Source of the DNA: a virus
DNA: 64,000 nucleotides
Strand: one strand, 5' to 3'
Virus record (IMG/VR): IMGVR_UViG_3300009285_004753
Location: 28,280-92,279 of that record
Below the pieces are notes generated by a model that was not told the origin of the DNA, made no database searches, and worked only from the letters and a program-made list of their open reading frames with translations. Position numbers and translations under genes: made by a program. Below are positions 18,801 to 27,675 of this stretch, piece by piece (the first letter of the stretch is position 1; each line of letters starts with the position of its first letter).

Positions 18801-21800
18801 AGTAGACCCGGTTCAACGCGTCATCGACGCCCATGACACGATGCCGGACACCAGCAGCGTCGATGAACGAACTGTCGGCCATAACACCGCTGAGATCCAC
18901 AGCGCCGACAAACTGAACGGTACCGATTACATCGCCGCCGGCGCCGGGCATACCGGCCCAGTTGAAGCCGACCATCGTCTCGTTACGAAACTGCGCCTGC
19001 TCCGTCTCGACCACGGCCACAGGATCAGCGGCGTAGTCACCGAGAGCGTCTACCGAGTACGCCTTAGCGCTATCGGCCAGTTTCTCGTAGGTCACACTGC
19101 CGTCGGGGGGCGGTGTCTGCCCCAGCTTGACCGTCTGCCCTGTCTCAAGCACGGTCCCGTCACACAAGTAGACAGATGTCCCAAACCGCAGCGCCACGAT
19201 CACTGTGTTATTCCCGTCAGCCAGCGGCGCGGTCTTGTGCACCACTGACGGCGCGACATCCACGGCACCCGCGCTTGTACGCTGCAACGTTACAACCATC
19301 CTATCGCCATCGGTCCCGAGCGTCTGGGGGGAGGAAGCAAGGGAGATATCATTCCAGCCTGCGGCCGCAAAAGGCAGGTCGAACCGGAGCGGGGCAGTCC
19401 AGGAAAGAGCACCCGTCGTAGCATTCCACGAAATATTTGCTGTCGAAACCAAGCGCAAGTTTCGGTCCTGGTTCGTCCGGCTGTCGTGCTCGTGCGCCAG
19501 CAGTACAGCGCCCGTAGTGCTGTTCGTCAGCGTACCTGTTACCCGGTACGAAGACACGATGACCTGTGAGCATCCAGCGACCAGCGTGAGCGTCTTACAA
19601 TCGACACGAGATACCGTCAGTCCGACGACAGCCGCTTCAACCGAGAGCAGGCAATCGTCAAGCTCAGCATGCCCGACATAGACACGACTTCCAGTCACAC
19701 TGACACTCGGCGTTACAGCAGCGGGATCAAACCCGAGGATCTGAAGCCGATTGACCGACATTCCGGTCCCGCCGAGACTGATAACGCCGGCAACGGTCGT
19801 GTCAAACACGATCCGATCAAACACGGAAAGCGAATCATTGCGCCCGATCGTCTGGCTGGCATTGCTGCGGATCTGGATGTCATATCTGTTATTGGCGCCG
19901 AACCCGAAGTCGCTGTCGAACCCGGCAAAAACGTCCCAATTGGCGACACTGTCGAGCACGGTAAACCCGAGGTCGCACTTCCGGTTCTGCTTCACGTACA
20001 CCCGGTTTGCCTGAACGAAATCAAGGCTTACGTCTTCACCGTGCCGCACCTCTACATAGTTGGCGACGGATGCATCACGAACGCGGACAGTCTTCTTCAG
20101 CACCCGCACACTGCCGGTATTGTTCGCCACCACGTATGTGTTCGGCAGGATCACGGACATCGACCAGTTACCCAGCACCGCGTACAGCCACCCCCTGAAC
20201 ATCGTTGCTGTTGCGGGATCGTACAGATCGACCGGGTCGTACTTCTTGAGCCTTGAGTAGGGCAGGCCGTTACCGATCTGCAACGCAGCGGCGATGTCGA
20301 TCTGGTAAAGCGTGTGCCCCGCCGGCAGATCAGGGGGTGCGGGAAGTGCAGCGGCAACCCAGGACGCAGCGGCGTGATCGCCGACGAATGAACGGCCGCT
20401 GCACACCAGGTTGTACGTCCCGTACAGGCTCACAGGGCCGCGGAGTTCTACACCCGACGGAAGGACCAAGTCCTCGCGCAACACAAAGTGCCCATTGGCT
20501 TCAACCGTGATCGGCGCCGTCGTACTGTCGTTGGTGAACACGTCTCGGATTGACAAGTACTCCGCATCAACGTAATCCATCGCTTCGTCAAGCGCCAAAG
20601 CGCCGGAGAACGTACCGCGGACGGCGCCGCGGCGGTCGAGCACCTTCACTGTCGGTTCGTGATCAGCATCCAGCTTGTGCCGCGTATGACAAACAATCGC
20701 GGCGTCGGTCACGTGCAGATGCCCGAGATCCACCACATCGCGGATATCGCGGTACTTCATGTCCAGGGACTGCAACGCTGTAATCACCGCACCGTCTGTC
20801 GGCACGACGGGAACGGTCGCAGCCAGTACTGCCGCCCCTGTGACGCTGACGATCTGGTACGGCTGCAACGGAAGCCGCCCGTCGTCCATCTGCGCCAACA
20901 CGACACGGTCGAACCTGTGATTACCAGCAGCACACAGCGCCGCCGAAATGAGGTTCGTCTGGTCTGCCTCAACCCTGATGTAGACGCCATCGCCGGTGAC
21001 TGCAACACCGTGCTGCACAGACACATCGGTAACCGCAGTACCATTTGCGAGCGACAGGCCCTCCAGTACGCCGCCCGCATCAGCGGCGACTGTCCTGGTG
21101 GGGGCGGCGAGCGCCCCGAGGTAATCGGGCTTGCGTACCAGGCACTGCGAGAATGTCACAGCGCCGGCCGGGACTTCGACGTAAGCGATGACGGTGTCTT
21201 TCACCGTCAGCGGCGGCAACCGGTACACCGTAAACGTCAACGCCGTCTGCCCGCCGGCCTTCCATGTGGTGTTGACGAGCAGCGTCGTATCATTCACCAC
21301 CTCTTCGACGGTGTACTCCCCGTTATCGCCGGGGGTACCCGTGTCATTGATGCGCAGAATATCGCCCCGCGCCACATTGACGAGGAACCCGCCCGCCAGA
21401 GACGTAAGCGTCCGCGTACCGACTGCCGATGTAGCGCCGTCTGCGGCCCCGGCCCACATCGTCGCCGCTAACCGAAAATACGAAGCGCTCGGCGGCGGCA
21501 CGGTAAGAGCGTAGGTGTAACTGGCAAAGAGCACGTCGATCCGGTACGTCCCACCGCCAACAGGCAAGTTGAACAGATTGTCCTGACAGGCATTCTCGCC
21601 GATCCATGCATGATCCGGGGGAAGGAAAACACCGAGTGCCTTGTACGCCACGAAGTTCAATGCAGCCAGTGAACCGACAGGCCAGTCACGGTTCACCGTG
21701 ATCTGCGTGTCCAGAGGAACGCCCGTCACGATATAGGCGCCGTTGTCTCCGTTCGATTGGTAGTCTTCGATGACGAGGATGTCGCCGACTGCAACAGCGG

Positions 21801-22047
21801 CACTGAACCCGCCGGCGACAGACGTAAGCGTGCGCGCCGCAGGCAGACCTGTTGCACCATCGGTGCCCGGCTTATTGGCTCTAGCGAGATCGGGATCGTG
21901 CTGAAACGCGCACCACATGCCTCCGGTAGAACCGGGCACGACGTTGAAGCCGCGCTGTACGCCGAGACGGAAAAGCCCCTTACGCGCTTCGTTCAGAAAC
22001 AGCGTCTGGTCATCTGCCTCGAAGTCGAAGTATCTCACCTGCGCCAT
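15820..22047 (-). CDS. Large tail fibre / receptor-binding protein (2075 aa)
   Basis: Modular G/T/V-rich protein with three ~65-aa beta-barrel modules, three F.GT..IDG..G.H.I.I carbohydrate-binding-like modules and DGSVTYEKLA; located after the baseplate genes. Confidence 0.75.
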   Translation of the reverse strand: MAQVRYFDFEADDQTLFLNEARKGLFRLGVQRGFNVVPGSTGGMWCAFQHDPDLARANKPGTDGATGLPAARTLTSVAGGFSAAVAVGDILVIEDYQSNGDNGAYIVTGVPLDTQITVNRDWPVGSLAALNFVAYKALGVFLPPDHAWIGENACQDNLFNLPVGGGTYRIDVLFASYTYALTVPPPSASYFRLAATMWAGAADGATSAVGTRTLTSLAGGFLVNVARGDILRINDTGTPGDNGEYTVEEVVNDTTLLVNTTWKAGGQTALTFTVYRLPPLTVKDTVIAYVEVPAGAVTFSQCLVRKPDYLGALAAPTRTVAADAGGVLEGLSLANGTAVTDVSVQHGVAVTGDGVYIRVEADQTNLISAALCAAGNHRFDRVVLAQMDDGRLPLQPYQIVSVTGAAVLAATVPVVPTDGAVITALQSLDMKYRDIRDVVDLGHLHVTDAAIVCHTRHKLDADHEPTVKVLDRRGAVRGTFSGALALDEAMDYVDAEYLSIRDVFTNDSTTAPITVEANGHFVLREDLVLPSGVELRGPVSLYGTYNLVCSGRSFVGDHAAASWVAAALPAPPDLPAGHTLYQIDIAAALQIGNGLPYSRLKKYDPVDLYDPATATMFRGWLYAVLGNWSMSVILPNTYVVANNTGSVRVLKKTVRVRDASVANYVEVRHGEDVSLDFVQANRVYVKQNRKCDLGFTVLDSVANWDVFAGFDSDFGFGANNRYDIQIRSNASQTIGRNDSLSVFDRIVFDTTVAGVISLGGTGMSVNRLQILGFDPAAVTPSVSVTGSRVYVGHAELDDCLLSVEAAVVGLTVSRVDCKTLTLVAGCSQVIVSSYRVTGTLTNSTTGAVLLAHEHDSRTNQDRNLRLVSTANISWNATTGALSWTAPLRFDLPFAAAGWNDISLASSPQTLGTDGDRMVVTLQRTSAGAVDVAPSVVHKTAPLADGNNTVIVALRFGTSVYLCDGTVLETGQTVKLGQTPPPDGSVTYEKLADSAKAYSVDALGDYAADPVAVVETEQAQFRNETMVGFNWAGMPGAGGDVIGTVQFVGAVDLSGVMADSSFIDAAGVRHRVMGVDDALNRVYLHGAANVTTVPVLSQWHGAVVSGPLHFSNTGLTAFTHTRPTPITRNDGATGVGPTDIFTSGAGGFTGVVRVGATLIVNDAGTPGDNGVYRVIAVPGDTQVQVDRVFAVGGLAALTFTLRWSEAAFGVAVNLPIADGVTTQYLFWDTAGTAHRILGKTAGDMLTFDYNVTLDTSAPSSSSHGKLTIDNNPRSLPLADVFCQTGISRVLLSEPYRVNEYGPQDLYASPNVRGGDQIWLDARDQRIRYGGRVDWSAADGTVQLLSGASCWAEFTFYGNGAVPLIRGTTAGTVTGQVWIDGRLVKTNLTTDVAVEPHSALRCRLFTRAVMSPAASVGDEDPAWLATGVHTMRILRTNTSETVLLYGFDVVVQDYQSSGLLVGQGDVFIDGKQVTRSAATKHSAALPAVTWKGGTSVWTVNKQGTVTAYHYDVPDKTQATGDTAVASPTISNVNPDPVIAGFKFGDMITVESGGSRVLRYIIAIDPAANTITTDENIGFLSAGAVVRFYGSTWMSLWDVPSAPERKTFYPVTALSMGAADGGVFYDVDNVPNNVKSNMFYVAGDGSTCFVGWQAAVTEDAAGKLVVLVYDDPVLSFPLLRFGWYGTGLDLHVPYETSIPFSATFEFTVYIDGHSIGSHSVAETGAGAWRVCEHLPMGYHVIQISPSVAAAGANAVFMLSGITVRSIDAQSAVPDEVIAGVMDRPGEQLLHLAATALDPGRGWDRHYPYRDFRATGTNISMISSSVLPGGHALQMTDATGTVTFSFFGTDFVVRGTKGTCDTYIDGQASAFAFETVIARSNWGWHTIKIVQTGAGVATVISAIDVRAPGATFRPLADRLVHRNDVTGCGTTWCPISDGSVQGHAAVGGGRTFSTAAQALTATTLTRVLDTWTSVVVPEAGTYEVVAAVRAALTAPAADGELTLELTVDGHRHAVSALQHNLHGATAPQWLVFPPVFLDLAPGVHSFGLRALGLTGGVAFDLSNRRLDVRAVNRLHTVRA

Positions 22048-22089
22048 ATCACACCCCTAAACGGCACTCACCGTAGTCCATCGGCGCGC

Positions 22090-22430
22090 CATTGTCCACG
22101 AAAAAAGACCGTAGAAAAAATCGGACGAAAAATGACAGAAAATCCGAGCGATTTCTAGTCTGTATAAGACTAGAAATACCTGCGCGAGCGTGCACCCGTC
22201 CGCGTTTTATGGGGTTAGAATACCTGAAAGAATGTATGGTAGAATACTTACAGTCTGTCCTTTTAGTCCTTCGGACACAGTCTTTATAGACAGATACTGT
22301 CTGTATACCTGTAGGATTACCGCGGTTTAACCGCGTCTTATCCGTGGTTAAACCGCGGTGAGAAAGCCTCTCTTTCTTAATTCTTTCCCTACCCTTCCCT
22401 TGATACCATCCCCCCGTTTTCGACATTATC
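22090..22430. other. AT-rich non-coding island with perfect inverted repeats (origin/packaging-site candidate)
   Basis: IR 22151-22160/22168-22177 (ATTTCTAGTC); IR 22319-22332/22346-22359 (ACCGCGGTTTAACC); repeated TAGAATAC and ACAGTCT; A-rich left flank, pyrimidine-rich right flank. Confidence 0.6.
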
Positions 22431-22431
22431 A

Positions 22432-25014
22432 TCATACAATTTTGATGTTACTTGCTGCGAAGCGGAAAACCTCACGGTACACGTATCCAGCCATCGGATC
22501 AGCCGTCGGAACGGACGGAATTATTCTGTAGCTGATCCCAACATTGCCCGACACGGGCCATGTGGTCGTGACATCAATCGTGTGTGCATCAACGACTTGG
22601 AGCACGGCGTAGTCCCCGAGATCCGTGCTGTCCATCAGACGGAGCATGTCGCCTACTCGAATGCCCGCTGTGGTGAAGTTTCCTGCTGCAGACGTGAATC
22701 TGAATGTGCCGGGGACCGGGATGTTCGTCACTCCGTCCGTCTGCGAGAGCAGCAGGTTGTCGTTGTCGTACAGGTCGAGGTTCAGGTTGATCGAGCATGC
22801 GATCGGGTGACTGGAGTCGAAGGGCATTCCAGAGTCAAGATGAATGCCGGAATCCCAGTGGTACCTCGGGTGAGTTACAGTGTACTTGGTTCTGAATCCG
22901 TAGTAGTGACACAACGCTACCAGCGCCGAGATGATCCCGATACGCGGGTTAATCCACGGCAGCAAACCCAGGTATACACGCTGCTTGTCGAGCGGGTACT
23001 GCTCAGTTGATCTCGGGTTCTGGATTTCTGCCAGAGAAGCAATGTCCAAGAGGGGAATGAGTGCCTCGACAACAGCGGGTGTGCAGGTCTTCACGTCTGC
23101 CGGCAGTAGATAGTCCCGGCTGTCTCCCGCCCTGTCTACTGTCGCTCCAATCAGGCGCAGCAGTCGAGCCAGGTGTCCCATTTCCGTCGTCGGCCAGCCC
23201 CGGCGTACTGTTTCGTTCGTGGACGGGAGAATCAGGTCGGGGCCGCTGATCGACCGGTCCGTGTCTTCAGTCAGTGATCGCTCTGCGACGAAGCGGGCCG
23301 TAGGCAGTTGCGACCTGTACTGGAATCCCGTTGTCCTGTCCCCGCCTGCCCGGCAATAACTGTCGCCTGCCCGGCGCCAGAGGTCGTAATTCGTGTATGC
23401 TGTGCGGGCAGCACTGGAAATTCGTAGTTGGTCGATGTACTGCTGCCAATGCAGCGCCCCCATGGCACTACACCCCCACAGACAGCTACTCATCGCCGGG
23501 ATAGCGACAACACCCGCCTGTGCGACTCCAGCAACACCGTCCAGGTATACCCGGTGCAAGCCTGTACCCGTGTTCCACTCGTAGTACACATGGTGCCAGG
23601 CCGTATCGGCTATGACGGCCGCCGATGTACACGTTACCGTTGCGCCACCTTGGGTGCGTCGCCCTTGCACCGTTCCGTTCGTGATCCAAACCTGGATGCG
23701 GTTCAATCCGCCACCGTCAGTAGCGCCGACGATGTACCTTCCTACCAATGCCGCCAGGTCTGTTGTTCGTATCCACATGTCCATCGAACCGACGGCGGTA
23801 TTGATGTCGGCGGCTACGGTGTTGCAGTTGACGTATCCTGTCGCTCCGCACAATACGCCATTACCGAACTTTCCACCGGCGTTCAATGCCGCCGGAGCAA
23901 CCAGCGTACCTGTGTTGGCGTGTCCCGAGGAATCGGGGATAACGCTTGCCGGCGCCGTCTCGCAGTGGAGCAATGTCAACACGCTGCTGTCGGAATCAAC
24001 AGCTTCCGTCAGGTTGATGTCTGCGACCGGCTCGGTGTACTTGTGCAGCGTGCTGGTATTCTCAGGGTCGTAGATGAAGAGTCGGAGCGTGCCGCCGCCT
24101 TCGTCAATCTCACAGAACCTGGTGGGTACGGTACGTGTAGGCGAGTACGCCTCCAGGTCTCCGCCGATAGGATCGAACCGCATGATGCGGCGGTTGTCGG
24201 CTGTGTGCCACGCCAGCCCGTCTGCTGACAGCGACAGGCCGTTGAATGCGTCGTGGTAGTAACTCTGTATCGCCGCCGGCAGCGTTGTTGACCCGGTCAG
24301 TGCTCCTGTTGTCGGGTTGATCGTTCGGACGACTGTTGCTGTGTCCAGCAAATTGATGCCGGTCATAATACCGGCAGCCCAGACGATGAAGCCGGCCGAG
24401 ATGTGCTGCTTGTACATCCCGGTGTAATCGACCGAGTACACAAGCCCTGTGGCGGCATACCCTCGGACACCTGAATCGGTAGAGATGAAGACAACGATCT
24501 GCCCGCTGGCTGCCGGGTATTCGTGGACGTCAAGGCTGCAGCGTGTTCCTTCCGGGGGCGTGAACGCAATCTCGCTCTCGACGTAGCCGCGGGTTGTGTC
24601 GAACACCAGAGCAGAGTACCCGGACGCGGACCGGCCGACCAGCCACACTCGACCGGCGGCCGTATGGGCGTGTACACCAAGCGCGACATCATGCAGACGT
24701 TTGACGCTGTGCTGCGTGCCGGAGAGCACGCTGGACGCCGGGCCTTCGTACAAAGCGAATGCTGAGTAGTAGTACACCGTATCCGCTGAGACGACGATGT
24801 CTGCCTGTTGCGCTGGGACGGGAGGCGTGTAGTCGGCAACCAGGGTACCGTCAGTCTCTGAAGACGGGTGACGAAGTGTATGCTTGCGGACCCGCAGCGT
24901 CTTCAGCGCTACCGTTTCTGCTGCGTTGACGACCGAAACGACCAGCGTCTGCGGCGTATCCAGTGCCGTTGTCGCATCAAAGGACGACAGGAACTCAGGA
25001 TTGGGGTGCGGCAT
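22432..25014 (-). CDS. Baseplate/tail protein with LamG (concanavalin-like) domain and P2 gpI-like C-terminal region
   Basis: DSSGHANTGT..GKFGNG..GSMDMW..WHHVYY..YLDG..YIDQLRIS (LamG); C-terminal LLPWINPRIGIISALVALCHYYG (gpI/gp7-like). Confidence 0.7.
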   Translation of the reverse strand: MPHPNPEFLSSFDATTALDTPQTLVVSVVNAAETVALKTLRVRKHTLRHPSSETDGTLVADYTPPVPAQQADIVVSADTVYYYSAFALYEGPASSVLSGTQHSVKRLHDVALGVHAHTAAGRVWLVGRSASGYSALVFDTTRGYVESEIAFTPPEGTRCSLDVHEYPAASGQIVVFISTDSGVRGYAATGLVYSVDYTGMYKQHISAGFIVWAAGIMTGINLLDTATVVRTINPTTGALTGSTTLPAAIQSYYHDAFNGLSLSADGLAWHTADNRRIMRFDPIGGDLEAYSPTRTVPTRFCEIDEGGGTLRLFIYDPENTSTLHKYTEPVADINLTEAVDSDSSVLTLLHCETAPASVIPDSSGHANTGTLVAPAALNAGGKFGNGVLCGATGYVNCNTVAADINTAVGSMDMWIRTTDLAALVGRYIVGATDGGGLNRIQVWITNGTVQGRRTQGGATVTCTSAAVIADTAWHHVYYEWNTGTGLHRVYLDGVAGVAQAGVVAIPAMSSCLWGCSAMGALHWQQYIDQLRISSAARTAYTNYDLWRRAGDSYCRAGGDRTTGFQYRSQLPTARFVAERSLTEDTDRSISGPDLILPSTNETVRRGWPTTEMGHLARLLRLIGATVDRAGDSRDYLLPADVKTCTPAVVEALIPLLDIASLAEIQNPRSTEQYPLDKQRVYLGLLPWINPRIGIISALVALCHYYGFRTKYTVTHPRYHWDSGIHLDSGMPFDSSHPIACSINLNLDLYDNDNLLLSQTDGVTNIPVPGTFRFTSAAGNFTTAGIRVGDMLRLMDSTDLGDYAVLQVVDAHTIDVTTTWPVSGNVGISYRIIPSVPTADPMAGYVYREVFRFAASNIKIV

Positions 25015-25102
25015 CTATCTGTCCTCGGGGGGGAGGTAGGGTATCATTCGATCCGACCCATTCGTGGCGGGAAGGGTCGTTTCCGTTCGTTGCAGGGGTG
25101 AG

Positions 25103-26794
25103 TTATACATCCTCTTCAGCATACACTACGTCGATCTCGAAGTCCGAGTCCTGCCGGTAGTACATGTACTCGTCGGGCTGGAGTGTGATGTTGCCGAGGT
25201 AGCGGGAGGTGTAAATCGTGTAGGTGTCGCCCAGGGTGAATGTGTCGCCCGGCTCACCAACGATGAACGAGAGCCCGCCTGACGCGTAGACTGCGCCGAT
25301 TGTACCGATATCGGGAAGGAGCACGCCGTTCTGGGTCACGAAGTATGTGGTAGCGTCAAACATGATAACGTTCCAGGTGTCTGACGAGGTAAGCGTTGAA
25401 GCAAGCGTGAAAGAGTGGACTTCGGGTGCTGCAGGGTTTGACTGCACGACCCGTGGTTCTCTGGTGAATTTGCTGATATCCACGTAGTCGGTAGTCTGTC
25501 CGTTGCTCAGGTTTTCGATCAGAGCGGAGAAGTCGGACACCTTGTACCCGCGGCCGATCTCGGCGAGAGTGTAACCTAGTGCCGTCGCCAGTTCAGCACG
25601 GACCTGCTTGGATATTGTGCTGCGAGACATACGGTGTGCCTGCTGTTGAACGACAACACGGCAGGAAGCGACAAGCGGTACTTGTACCAGCGGGTATGCC
25701 TCGATTACCAGGCCCTCGACACACAGGTTCTGGAGATAGCTTTGCAGGTTGGTAAGCAAAGCAGGAGAAGCGGTGCCTCCGCCGTCCGGCATGACGTAGA
25801 CTCTGAGCACGGACCCGCCTGGACGTGTAACGCGTACCCTGTAGACACCAGAGAAGTCGTTTGCCAGTCCTTCGGCATCTTCAGCGCGGCGGATGTAGTT
25901 GCCCGAGGCCCAGAGGCGCGGCGCCGTTCGTTTCACCGTGGCGACGTCCGGCCCGTTGGACCCGCCGGTTGCGGCTGTTGTCTGCTGCGCCGACAGCGTC
26001 TGTCCCAGCACTCCTGTAAGGACGGAGAAGCCGTTGGTTGCCAGCGTGAAGTTGCCCGTTGTTCCGGAGCAGACGATCCAGTCGGCCGTAATGGCATCGC
26101 CGATCAACGGGCACTTGCCGAACGTACCGTCTCCGAATGTGATCCACAGGTAGCCGTCCACGTCGTAGACCGCTTGGTAGCACAGGGTCGTATCGTCGGC
26201 GTCGTACAGCGAATCAACTCGGGGAACAGTAACGGCGTTCGCGTAGACGGTTAGGTATTCCCGCGGGATGTAGCGGGTCGAGACCTTGTACGCTTGGTAC
26301 GCTCCACCGAGTGCGGCGGCGACGGCCTGCCCCGTGAACCGCTGCCCCTGAATGACGGCAGCATCGACATAGGACGATCCGACCGGGATGGATAAGGACG
26401 ATGTCGTGAGACCGAATAGCGCGGGGGATGCGAATGTCTTCAACACGGTGTACTGCGGAATGGGGATTGGTGCACCGACGACGGCCCCTGTTTGGTTGGT
26501 TAGGCGCACGGTACACCCCGATGCCGCGGGGCCGGGGGATTTGTAGTCGAGGATCGAGAAGACCTTGAACGCCTGTGTCAACCGGTCTACATCGGTAGCG
26601 TTCGACTGACGGAATCTGAAGTCCAGCGCGAAGTGCTCGGTGCGCAACAGCGAGGCGATCAGGTTGAAGAGTTTACGCCCGTCTCCCACGGTATCGACGT
26701 TCGTGATCGACGGAAGATAGGACGGGATGTAGGTTTCCAGCAGGGTGCGCAGGTCTTCGGCGCTTTGTACGCCGTCTTTCAGCAGGTCTACCAT
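25103..26794 (-). CDS. Baseplate wedge protein (T4 gp6 / P2 gpJ-like)
   Basis: LDYKSPGPAAS, ITFGDGTFGKCP, GTTGN, ATGGSNGPD..VKRTAP..EDAE. Confidence 0.88.
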   Translation of the reverse strand: MVDLLKDGVQSAEDLRTLLETYIPSYLPSITNVDTVGDGRKLFNLIASLLRTEHFALDFRFRQSNATDVDRLTQAFKVFSILDYKSPGPAASGCTVRLTNQTGAVVGAPIPIPQYTVLKTFASPALFGLTTSSLSIPVGSSYVDAAVIQGQRFTGQAVAAALGGAYQAYKVSTRYIPREYLTVYANAVTVPRVDSLYDADDTTLCYQAVYDVDGYLWITFGDGTFGKCPLIGDAITADWIVCSGTTGNFTLATNGFSVLTGVLGQTLSAQQTTAATGGSNGPDVATVKRTAPRLWASGNYIRRAEDAEGLANDFSGVYRVRVTRPGGSVLRVYVMPDGGGTASPALLTNLQSYLQNLCVEGLVIEAYPLVQVPLVASCRVVVQQQAHRMSRSTISKQVRAELATALGYTLAEIGRGYKVSDFSALIENLSNGQTTDYVDISKFTREPRVVQSNPAAPEVHSFTLASTLTSSDTWNVIMFDATTYFVTQNGVLLPDIGTIGAVYASGGLSFIVGEPGDTFTLGDTYTIYTSRYLGNITLQPDEYMYYRQDSDFEIDVVYAEEDV

Positions 26795-27177
26795 GTTGGA
26801 CTCCTGAACGTCTCCGTTACTGCTTCTCCCGTCCGTCTGATCCGGTAGAAGACGCGGATCTCGGTATCACCGGCGGCTGTGAGCGCGCCTTCACATCTCA
26901 GGTACTGCACGTATGTATTGAGGACGGCGAATACTGCGGGTAGCTGTTCAGAGCAGGCCGATAGCACCTCGTCCTTGGTGTACTCGAACAACATCTCGTC
27001 CAGACCGGCCCACTCCAGGTACGAACCGAACCACGCTTGTCCACCCTCCTGCACTAACCGGCGGACATACTGCTTCAGCAGTGTTTCGTCGGATGCGTAG
27101 GCAGGTGAACCATCGGGAGATAACGACAGGGGGGAGGCGAGTCCGGTGAGTGCACCGAGTGTTGTGGGGCCGGCCAT
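26788..27177 (-). CDS. Baseplate wedge gp25/gpW-like protein
   Basis: 129 aa, position between spike and gp6-like gene, terminal IRVFYRIRRT. Confidence 0.6.
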   Translation of the reverse strand: MAGPTTLGALTGLASPLSLSPDGSPAYASDETLLKQYVRRLVQEGGQAWFGSYLEWAGLDEMLFEYTKDEVLSACSEQLPAVFAVLNTYVQYLRCEGALTAAGDTEIRVFYRIRRTGEAVTETFRSPTW

Positions 27178-27178
27178 G

Positions 27179-27667
27179 TTACGCCTGCTTCTCCAAGAGC
27201 GCCGCGACCTCGTCTATCACCCACCACTGAGAGGGGGACAGGGCGTCAAACCGCTTCCGCTGTTTCGCCATCGACGAAGACCAGGATTCGCCGGCTTCCG
27301 CCGTTTTCTCTCCTGAGTACACTTTCCATGCCGCGTGCCAGTCGCACACCATTTCGATGATGTCGAACAACGACATCTCTTGTGGCTGGTCCCAATGTTC
27401 GGGATGATGCGGGTTTCCGTCGTAATGCCGGTCGATGGTCCCGCGTTCCTGATTGAGCGCCGCTTTGTATGCGTCCGATCCGTAGGCGTGATCCCGAGCG
27501 GCCTTATTGATCCGCACGAAGCCGTCAAACTCGGCAGGTGAGAGCTTTGAGATGTCGTGCATCTTGGCTCGGCGTCGCAGTACGTCGCAGACAAGATCTA
27601 TCCCGTCCTGCACCAGCGTGATATGCGCCGTGATGGTACGAAGGGTAGTGGTGGCTTCGTCAGACAT
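27179..27667 (-). CDS. DUF5662-like HD-type protein
   Basis: HDISK..EFD, RHYDGNPHHPEHW, MSLFDIIEMVCDW; start at ATG 27667 with GAGG RBS. Confidence 0.75.
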   Translation of the reverse strand: MSDEATTTLRTITAHITLVQDGIDLVCDVLRRRAKMHDISKLSPAEFDGFVRINKAARDHAYGSDAYKAALNQERGTIDRHYDGNPHHPEHWDQPQEMSLFDIIEMVCDWHAAWKVYSGEKTAEAGESWSSSMAKQRKRFDALSPSQWWVIDEVAALLEKQA

Positions 27668-27675
27668 TACAGACC

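Noticed and set aside
15820-22047. Diversity-generating retroelement targeting the fibre
   Set aside because: No reverse transcriptase and no near-identical TR/VR pair differing at adenines was seen in the window.
22049-22435. 128-aa ORF across the AT-rich island
   Set aside because: Composition unlike the phage's genes, runs through palindromes, no RBS or motif; treated as non-coding.
25015-25102. Structured ncRNA in the 88-nt gap between baseplate genes
   Set aside because: Only a short GACCC/GGGTC stem is visible; insufficient to call.
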